A program made the position numbers and the translations under genes. This document shows positions 54,193-64,000 of a stretch of 64,000 bases of DNA, one piece after another. The first letter of the stretch is position 1. Every line of letters begins with the position of its first letter. The notes beneath the pieces are model-generated. The model searched no databases, had not been told where the DNA came from, and was given only the letters and a program-made list of their open reading frames with translations. Origin of the DNA: Octopus sinensis (Eukaryota); assembly GCF_006345805.1 (NCBI RefSeq), contig NC_042998.1, forward strand, positions 121,520,001-121,584,000. Reading direction: 5' to 3'.

Positions 54193-54688
54193 CTGAAAAT
54201 GGGATGTTATCAATTTTATATCAAAATAACAAAAGTAATAGAATTTATTCAAGAATTTATTTATTTATTTATTTATTTATTTAAATCAGAGGAAAGTTTT
54301 GAATTTTCTGTTGTAGTTGTTGCTGTTGGTGTGCTATGTGTGCCTTGTCTGTATGTACATGTTATATGCAAGTGTGTGTCTGTTTCTTGTATGCACATAT
54401 GCATTTTTCACCATTGTGCACACATATTATTTTCTTCTTTGTCTTTCATCAAAGGAGGGAATTTTCTTCCTGTGTTGATATAATAAGGAGCAACATTCTT
54501 TTGTTTTGAACATTTTATGACCAAAAAGATGTATTGAACTGGATAAGGATACATGTTTAAAAGTACATTAATCTAAACATTTCATTGTCACAATGTACCT
54601 TTTTTACTATAAATAGTGGAACGCACACTTTTGTATCTTTGTTTTGAGATAAAATAGATTGTTTAAAAAGGGAAAAATGTTCACTCAC

Positions 54689-54818
54689 CACTCTTCAGTT
54701 TTCTAAATAATTTAGACTTCTTTCGAAACCAAGGAAGGAATTTATTGATTTCTGATTCTGTACGCTGGTTTGTGGGTTTTGAAATGGTTTTGATAATTCT
54801 ATCATAGATCTGAGGCAT
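54689..54818 (-). CDS. Tandem-CNBD protein, coding exon 1
   Basis: ATG at 54818: MPQIYDRIIKTISKPTNQRTESEINKFLPWFRKKSKLFRKLKS, a helical lead-in typical of CNBDs. Donor GTGAGT at 54688, phase 1. Confidence 0.8.
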
Positions 54819-55674
54819 TACTGAATTGTTTTGTTACCAACTGATTAACTTAGTAAATAAAATTCACCATTATCATCATAATTATTATTATTCTCTTGAG
54901 TGACATTACAACTTTCAATATTATTGTCATCATTATTTATACCTGGAATAATTTCAAAATGTATGAATTTTAAGTCAAAAAGGAAAAAAAAATTGCATAA
55001 ATCATATAACCCATAGTAATAAACCAAATGAAAAAGATATATTTATATATTTTTAATGAAAAATTTGACAAATTTTTTGATTGAATAATTTATTTTCTAT
55101 CTTTTATTTGTTTCTGTCATTTAGACTGTGGCCATACTGGGGCACTGCTTTGAAATGTTTAGTTGAACAAATTGACCCTAGTACTTATTTAAAAAAATTT
55201 TTATTCAATCAGTCTCTTTTGCTGAACTACTAAGTTACAGGGGTATAAACAACCAACACCAGTTGTCAAGCCGCAGGGAGGGAGGCAAACAGACACACAC
55301 ACATGGAACATAGACATTAAATGATGATGATGATGATATATATATATATTGATAATAAGGAGAATGAAGAATTTGAACATTTAAACTTTATGTTCATTTC
55401 CAGTTAGCTTATTCATAATAATTGTCCAACATGTGTTTCCATCATACTGTTGCATATTTATATGCATTATTTATGCATTATCAGTACAATCACTTCAGTT
55501 TATATAAATATGACATTGTTTAAAGAGGAATTTTCCTCCGTTATTAGCTTGAATTAGGCTTCGTAGTAGTAAACCATGACCCTTCACTTTCATTGATGGG
55601 CTGAAGGAACCAGCCATGACATTTTACGTAGAGAAATCCGATATCTGCCTGGATATTATAACCTTCCTATATAA

Positions 55675-55707
<33 letters not shown>

Positions 55708-55733
55708 GGCATGGCTGTGTGGTATATATATAT

Positions 55734-55819
<86 letters not shown>

Positions 55820-55831
55820 TATATGTGTGTG

Positions 55832-56103
55832 TGGAGGCACAATGGCCCAGTGGTTAGGGTAGCGGACTCGCAGTTGTAGGATCGCGATTTCGATTCCCAG
55901 ACTAAAGCTCCACGAGGCTCCAGCAGGGAGTGGTGGCGAACCATGCCGTACTCTTTCGCCACAACTTTCTCTCACTCTTTCTTCTGTTGGCCTGCTCGCT
56001 TAGCCAGCGGGTGGCGTTATTTGAAGGCTAAAACAATGCGAAGCGCATTGTGACCAACGATGTGTAGCAACATCTGATAGTCTGGTCGGTCACGGTGATC
56101 ACG

Positions 56104-56108
<5 letters not shown>
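55832..56108 (+). mobile_element. Distinct tRNA-derived SINE, CpG-rich and young
   Basis: A box tggcccagtggttagg, B-box-like tttcgattccc, unrelated body, then (TA)n. Confidence 0.7.
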
Positions 56109-56149
<41 letters not shown>

Positions 56150-56164
<15 letters not shown>

Positions 56165-57545
56165 GTATACATATTTATGTGTGTGTGTCTTTGTGTCTGT
56201 GCTTGTGCCCCCACCATGACTTGACAACCAATGTTGGTGTGTTTATATCCCTGGAACTTAGTGGTTTGGCAAAAGAGACCAATAAAATAAGTACTAGGCT
56301 TACAAAGAGTAAGTCCTGGAGTCAATTTCTTCAACTAAAGGCAGTGCTCCAGCATGGCCACAGACAAATGATTGAAATGTGTATAAAAGTAAAAGAGTAA
56401 TATATATTATATATATATTATATTATATACCATCATCATCATTGTTTAGTGTCCACCTTGCTAGCATGTGTGGGACTATTATATATACATATATATATAT
56501 ATACACACACACAGGTACAGGCATAGCTGTGATAAGAAGCCTGCTTCCCAACCATATGTTCCAGATTCAGTCCCACTGCATGGCACCTAGGGCTAATGTC
56601 TTCTACTATAGCCTCAGGTCAACCAAAGCCTTGTGAGTGGATTTGGTAGACAGAAAGTGAAAGAATCCTGTTACATATATATATATATATTTATATATGC
56701 ATGTGCATGAGTGTGTGTGTGTGTGTATTTGTGTATCTGTGTTTGTCCTTCCACCATCGACAACTGATGCTGGTGTATTTATGTCCCTGTAACTTAGTGG
56801 TTTGGCAAAAGAGACCAATAAAACAAGTACTAGGCTTTCAAAGAATAAGTCCTGGGGTCGATTTCTTCAACTAAAATCCTTTAAGGTGGTGATCTAGCAT
56901 GGTCACAGTCAAATGACTGAAACAAGTAAAAGAATAAAAGGATACAAAGGGTTTCCACACAATTTCTGTATACTAAATTCACCCCCAATCTCTTTGACTT
57001 CACACTTGATATCTGACAAAAAAATTTCTGGGGTATTTCATATGGGAAATTAAAAGTATATTGTGCATTTTGCTTACAAAATTTTAAAAAACTGTCTTAA
57101 AGTTTCAAATTTAGAAAATTCACAATATGTAGATAACTATCCTTATCTTGTTTTAATATTTATACCTGTGTATCAAAAATTTATGAACCACATGGTTCTG
57201 GGTTCAGTCCCACAGCGTGGCACCTTGGGCAAGTCTCTTCTACTATAGCCTCGGGTCGACCAAAGCCTCGTGAGTGGATTTGGTAGACGGAAACTGAAAG
57301 AAGCCCGTTGTATATATGTATATGTATATATATACGTGTGTGTGTTTGTCTGTGTTTGTCGCCCCAACATCGCTTGACAACTGATGCTGGTGTGTTTATG
57401 TTCCCATAAGTTAGCGGTTCAGCAAAAGAGACCGATAGAATAAGTACTAGGGTTATAAAGAATAAGTCCTGGGGTCGATTTGCTCAACTAAAGGCGGTGC
57501 TCCAGCATGGCCGCCGTCAAATGACTGAAACAAGTAAAAAGAGTA
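56150..57545 (+). mobile_element. Cluster of three CORE-type SINE copies (about 56150-56395, 56512-56936, 57180-57545)
   Basis: Repeated ...aataagtactagg...ccagcatggcc...tgactgaaacaagtaaaa tails. Other partial copies at about 13095-13280, 21680-22295 and 55085-55310. Confidence 0.85.
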
Positions 57546-58552
57546 AAAAAAAAAAGAACATGTTTTCAAGACGCTCAAGCATTAGGATATATTCTGTAGC
57601 ACATCTAGATATTGTATCTTGCTAATAAAAATCATTACCAGTCACCTTAAATTCATGTCAAAGAATAAACCCAACATTTCCTCTGTATGTCATAAAAGGT
57701 GACCAAAAGGGGTTGAGGTAGGATTTGCATTCCATCCTTGTAAAATCCTCACCAGTAACAACGACTCAAACAGACCCATGGGCTAGAAGGTTGTACCCTG
57801 TATGGTGCAAAGGTATCATTCACAAGGAGTAGGAATCACCAACAAATGGTGGATGCAGCAATGCAATATTACAGTACATGCCCCATGCTACTATTATAGA
57901 AATTGCTGAGAAATACTGATACTTACATTTTAGGGACCTTTGTTGATGATGAAAAGTTTATTGAATCAGATGCTAAGCAATGTGTTCTCAGTTCAAATGT
58001 GATGCAATTATTTCTTTGTCAGTGATAGTCAAGACAGATAATTCTATGTGGCTTCAATTATATAAGCTGTCAGGAAGAGGTAGCCAGTGTCTGTAAAGTC
58101 ATAGTATTGCATCCTTTGTGGAAGAGAGATTTCTCTCTCAAAAACTGGAGATCCTTATAGATATTTGTAATTTGTGAAAGATTTAACTTATATAAAATAG
58201 GTAAGTACCATTTAGTAGACACAGTTTATGGTGAACTGAGTCAGTAACTTTATTTCAAAATCTGGTTATAGCAGTTTCATAATACTCTTCAGTTTTTATG
58301 AAAGGCATGAATATCACACAATCTTGTTTTCATTTCATAATAAACATCGTGTTCTGTAATTATATAAGTAATCAATATGTATGTATATATCCAATCTTAA
58401 AGAAATTAATTATGAGTAGAAATAGATTAAAGTGAGGGTAAGTTCCTAGTAAGCTAAGTTTTCTTGCGCAGATGGATACTTATTTAACTGTTCCACTCAA
58501 GTTACATCTCATATCTGAGTTATCTAGCTCTGTAGTTTGGAGTGAGATAGAA

Positions 58553-58700
<148 letters not shown>

Positions 58701-61309
58701 GTTTCACAAAGTTGACTCATTCCACAAAAATCCTCTTTATTGATTTAATGATCCATTAAAAGTTATTTTTCAAGAGTTGGAATATGATCATTCAAGTAAC
58801 TTTCATTGCTATAAGGCTTTTCCACTCCTTTCTTACATACCTATTAAACAGTAAACATTTTCAAGTAGAAATAAATCTTCCAGAATAATGCTTCTGAAAT
58901 ATTTCTTTCATTGAGTTGTCAGAACCACTTGAGGATTGCCACAGAAAGGCAGCAATGAATGCAACTCCAAAATAAATAAATCATATAATTATCTCTATAT
59001 TTATTTTGTGAAAAGAAACAGATTCTTTTTTTTTTTTCCTGTTGTTATTCTGAAAGTCTTTGATAGTATTCTCAGAAATAGGTCCGAATCAGAACAAAAG
59101 ATTTCTGTTGTTGACTTAACCTTTTCGTGATCTTACTTCTTATGAGATATATCGTTTCCATGTTTCAGCTAATTGTGAAAATATTCAAAATCTTGGAAGG
59201 ATTTAGTAAAATATCTTTGTTATATAATAAGAATTTGAAATATAACAAGAACGATCTTATGTAAAACTGAAAAATCTTAATTTAATTATGAACACTTTAA
59301 AATGAGGGTTTTTTGTTTGGAAACCATGACTGGTCTCAGGTAGGTTGGATCAAAGGAATTATACATTGTTGATTTCATTAAACTGCTATACTGATGAAAT
59401 TAGTTGTGCCTAGACCTTGATTGCTCTTTCAAACTAAGTGATGTTTGACATGAACTTCTAACAATTAATGTCTGCAGGAAAACATGATGAGAAAGGCATT
59501 TCAGAGACTTGCAGTTCCAAGTGGAAGGATCTGGTAAAATGTTTAGCATAGAGTCTGATTGATTGATTGATACATAAGCAGGCTTATCACGTATATTTCA
59601 CTAGGTTTGCATGCAGTTTACTAGTTCAGAGAAGCAGAGGCTGATATAGCATCAATAGGAGGAAAGAGCAGAGTGAGCACACAGGATATTGTCGATGAAT
59701 GAAAGCTTACCTTCAGTTAAATGACTGTTTGAGGAGTTGCAGATACAGTCCTATCTAATGAGTAACTTTTCTATATGACATGTTGGCATATTTTAAGTTT
59801 AAATATGAACATAATAATTCTGCTTGTCATTACATTACTTAGCCTGTCAGTAACACTTTCATGTGATTAGAGAAAAAGAGGGAGAGAGAAGGTGAAGAGT
59901 GAGGCAGAAAGAGAGAGAAAGAAAAAGAGGGAGAGAGACTAAAGACTGAGAGAGAAGTGTCCATGACATGTGGTAGGGGGAGATGTAATATTTATTACGT
60001 GGTTAAAAAAGTTAGTTGGAGGTAGTGATATAGAGGAGAGTTAGGAATATAATTTTAGCAGAGGGGCGGCGTTCTGATGGTGAGATTAGAGAGAGAGAGA
60101 GAGAGAGAGGTGGTGGTGAGGGGGGTAGAGGTGGTGAGGAGGGTAGAGGTGGTGATGGTGAGTGTATAGTGAAAAGTCATTTTGTTTTTATGAACCAAAT
60201 TTTTTATTTTTTATATCACCTACAAATTGAAATGTGTATTGTCTCTGACCCATTGCCTTGGCTCATAAGTTAACAATGATGTGATTTTCACACCCATGAA
60301 ATTGTGATCCCTATATTTTACATATAAAATAATTTTTTTTACTATAAAAGTTTTCGTTTTCTAAATATGAAATTGTGACCATGTAAATTTTAAAATGTAA
60401 TTTCTTTCTGTCTATGGGGAAAATGTCAAAATAAGAGTGAATATTTATTTTATGAGTGCTGTGTATTAAGTCTCTAAAATTGTGCTTAAGTATATAAGGT
60501 ATATATAAAGTGTATTAAGTAATTGTCACATTTCAATTTCTTTTACTTTTCATGAATAGCAGATGATACAGACACAACACAGGCTACGCTTTCAGTTTTT
60601 TTTGGATAAAGTTTTCAAGAATAGGTTTACTATTAATTCCATAAAATATTCACAGGCCTTTCTAATAAATATAATTAGATTAATAGATGTAATAACAATT
60701 GCTTTAATTGGATGAATTTGCATTCATTTTCTGTGTAAATATAAATGAAATAGTTCTGCAATATAATGAAAGTTGGTGGAATTGTTGGTCTTATTTTTAC
60801 ATAGATGGATGATCTTTTTTTTTTATCAATGCCTACTATTAAAATTTAAACTGGGGGATAGGACCTTCCAAATTACTCTATGATTTAAGTAACAAGCTCT
60901 GGTTCTGTAGTTCATTAAACCATATACTGAGTGTATGTAGTTCTTTTCTTTTGTAATCACTGTAAAGACTTGGATTTTGTAGGAGAAACTGAGAGGTAGA
61001 CCCACATATTTAGTATTTATTGTTAGGTAAATAGATGTATAGAACTGAAATGACTTATTGGACAACAGCTACATGGATCATGAGTTTAAATTCACTGCAG
61101 ATATTTTGTACCACATTACTTCTATTTACCAGCCAACCATCTGGGAATGTTATAGCCTATTCAAGTAGAGGTCTATCTCCGATCTACCTTATATCAGAGT
61201 CTCCTGAAGGTTTTAGGGGTATTTGATAATGAGTGGGATTAACAAGTAGTTTAGAATTACATAAAATATGGAGATTAAAGTTTAAAGTGGAATAGAAATG
61301 TATAAGGGA

Positions 61310-62998
61310 TAAATGAGTAGTTAGTGGGAGCTGTACAAGACATGTACTGGGATGCTATTAGTAAGGTGAGGGTTGGCAATGAGAACAATGAAGAATTCCG
61401 GGTAGGAGTAGGGGTTTACCAAGGATCAGTCCTCAGACCCCTCTTATTTATCATAGTCCTCCAGGCAATAACAGAAGAATTCAAGAGAGGATGCCCATGG
61501 GAACTTCTCTATGCTGAAGACCTTGCTCTAATAGCTGAGTCACTATCAGAAGTAGAGGAGAAGTTTCAGGTGTGTAAGCAAGGTCTAGAATCGAAGGGCC
61601 TTAGAGTCAATCTAGCAAAAACCAAAGTCTTAATAAGTAAGGCAGACAAACCACAAATCCCTTCAGGAAGATGGCCCTGCTCGATATGTAGAAAAGGTGT
61701 AGATAGAAACTCTATAAGATGTACCCAGTGTAAGCTATGAACACATAAGAGGTGCAGCAATATCAAAGGAAGATTAACTGAGAAGATAGTTTTTGTATGT
61801 GGCAAATGCTCAGGGGCAATAAACATTAATAATGTGCAGAAAACAGCTCCTGTTACAGTCCAGGGAGAAAACTACAAGAAGTTGATAGCTTCCATTACCT
61901 AGGTGACCAAGTCAGTAGCAGGGGTGGTTGCTCTGAGAGTGTAGCTGCTGGAATAAGAATAGCCTGGCCAAATTTCAGAGAGCTCCTACCTCTGCTGGTG
62001 ACAAAGAGTCTCTCTCTCAGAGTAAAAGTTAGCCTGTATGATGCATGTGTACAAATAGCCATGTTACATAGCAGTGAAACATGGGCCATGACTGCTGAGG
62101 ACTTATGGAAGCTTGCAAGGAATGAAGCTAGTATGCTCCACTGGATATATAATGTCAGTGTGCATACACGACAGAGTGTAAGCGCCCTGAGAGAAAAGTT
62201 GGACTTAAGAAGCATCAGATGTGGTGTGCAAGAGAGACAACTGCACTGGTATGGTCATGTGTTGTGTATGGATGAGGACAGCTGTGTAAAAAAAGTGTCA
62301 CACCCTAGCAGTTGAGGGATCCTGTGGAAGAGGCAGACCCAGGAAGACCTGGGATGAGGTGTTGAAGCACGACCTTCAATGTTGGGCCTCACCGCAGCGA
62401 TGACAAGTGACTGAGACCTTTGGAGATATGCTGTGCTTGAGAAGATCCGGCAAGTCAAGTGAGACCGTAACTGTGGCCTATGCCAGTGCAGCATAACCAT
62501 CCCATTTAAGAGTAACCTTCAATCATTGAGCAATAAATTGTGCTTGTGAAAACTTGTTGAGGCAAGTGAAGTTGTTGTCATGGCCGATGACAGTACCACC
62601 TGATTGGCACCCGTGCTGGTAGTGTGTAAAAGGGACCATTCGAGCATGGTCAATACCAGTGCTGCCTGACTAGTCCAGTGCCAGTGGCATGTAAAAAGCA
62701 CCATTTGAGCGTGGTTGTTGCCAGTACCGCCTGACTGGCTCCTGTGCTAGTGGCACGTAAAAAGCACCATCCAAGTGTGACCGATGCCCATACTGCCTGA
62801 CCGGCCCTCGTGCTGGTGGCACATAATAAGAACCCACTACTCTCAGTTGGTGTTAGGAAGGGCATCCAGCTGTAGAAACATTGCCAGATCAGATTGGAGC
62901 CTGGTGCAGCCTTCTGGCTTGCCAGTACTCAGTCAAACCATCCAACCCATGCCAGCATGGAAAGTGGACGTTAAACAACACCGATGATGATGATGATA
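61310..62998 (+). mobile_element. RTE LINE remnant (RT to 3' tail)
   Basis: GVYQGSVLRPLLF...LLYAEDLAL...CSICRKGVDRNSIRCTQC; 3' UTR and (GAT)n tail. Confidence 0.92.
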
Positions 62999-63310
62999 TA
63001 TATACACACACACACAATACATTACATTACATTACATTACATTCGATTCTCATTGTGCCTTGTGGAACTTCAAGTGACAGCAAGATCATTTCACCTTCTA
63101 ACACTGAAAGCGTCTTTGACAGCTTGTTTCATTGTTAACCCTCTGGTTTTAAGGTCTTTTTTTATTGTTCCCTGCCATGTTTCTTTTGGTCAGTCACATC
63201 TTCTTTTACATATAGTTTTTTTTTTTTATTGAAGTCTGTGTTGCTTTGTCTATATGTTAAAAGACACAGAAACACACACACACAGAAACAAAATTAACTA
63301 TATGTATTAT

Positions 63311-64000
63311 ATATTGGGTCATCCCATAAATAATGCAGTTCCTTTACACTTCTTTTATTTTTCAAAATTAAGATAAACAAAGTTCTTTTTTAAGCGAAAA
63401 TATACTTTCCTTTTTCTACAATGCTCTTCCATCTTTTGATAGACTTGCAAGGCCCATCTTCAAAATTCACTTGTCTATGACAAAAAATACTCCTCCAGAA
63501 CTGTTCTGACCTCATCTACAGAATTCATATTTTTTCTGTCCAAATGATTTTGAAGACTGCAGAGTAAATGATTACCAGATGGGGCAATGTCTGGCGAATA
63601 TGGTAGGTGGGGTATCATTTCCCATTCAAATTGCTCCAGCCTTTGAAATGTCATCCTTGCTGTATGTAGCCAAGCATTATCCTGATGGAAGAACACCTTT
63701 CATCTTGAAATGAAAGATGGCCGGTTTTTTTCTAGCGCTGACTTAAGCTGCTTGCAATAGACCTTTGTTATCATTTGATTTGGGTTTAAAAGTCCAAAGT
63801 GGACTAAACCTTTCATATCCCACCAAACATGTAATAACACCCGATGTGGGTGAAGACCTTCTTCAGCCTGAGGTTCCAGTGTTTCTTCTTTTCCGACCTA
63901 CTGTCTTTGGCACTTGATATTTTTATAGAGAACACATTTCTCATCACCAGTCACTGTTTGGTCCAAAAACGGTTCATTTGTGAGACATGGCAGCAAAGAA
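63311..64000 (-). mobile_element. mariner transposase remnant (runs off the window)
   Basis: FHQDNAWLHTA...HLPYSPDIAPS; TIR tattgggtcatcccataaa at about 63313. Confidence 0.88.

Noticed and set aside
55832-55905. tRNA-like sequence
   Set aside because: No closed acceptor stem; it runs into a SINE body, so it is a SINE head rather than a tRNA gene.
59478-59533. Exon-like segment on + (ctgcag|GAAAACATG...GATCTG|gtaaaa)
   Set aside because: Isolated, no recognisable peptide and no partner exons found.

Overview
AT-rich, repeat-dense eukaryotic DNA, most likely octopus (coleoid cephalopod), judged from the CORE-type SINEs, RTE LINEs and (TA)n tracts. Two host genes were rebuilt by hand from splice sites and lie tail to tail. 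On +, a METTL21A-like protein-lysine methyltransferase has 3 coding exons (17886-26392, 240 aa). On -, an uncharacterised tandem cyclic-nucleotide-binding-domain (CNBD) protein has 9 phase-compatible coding exons (54818-30456, about 592 aa). The rest is transposon debris (RTE, CR1, Tx1/L1, mariner, Tigger/pogo, hAT, Helitron/Helentron, SINEs, MITEs) and microsatellites. The standout is a full-length LTR retrotransposon (37296-41525, 271-bp LTRs, TATTT target-site duplication) in an intron of the CNBD gene. It has no canonical TGG primer-binding site; instead the 12 nt right after the 5' LTR are the exact complement of nucleotides 1-12 of animal tRNA-Phe(GAA), the tRNA 5' end. It also has a DIRS-like RT/RNase H, a correctly phased -1 frameshift signal and clear CpG decay. 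A ~540-bp inverted duplication brackets the last METTL21A exon. All calls were made by eye, with no database search.
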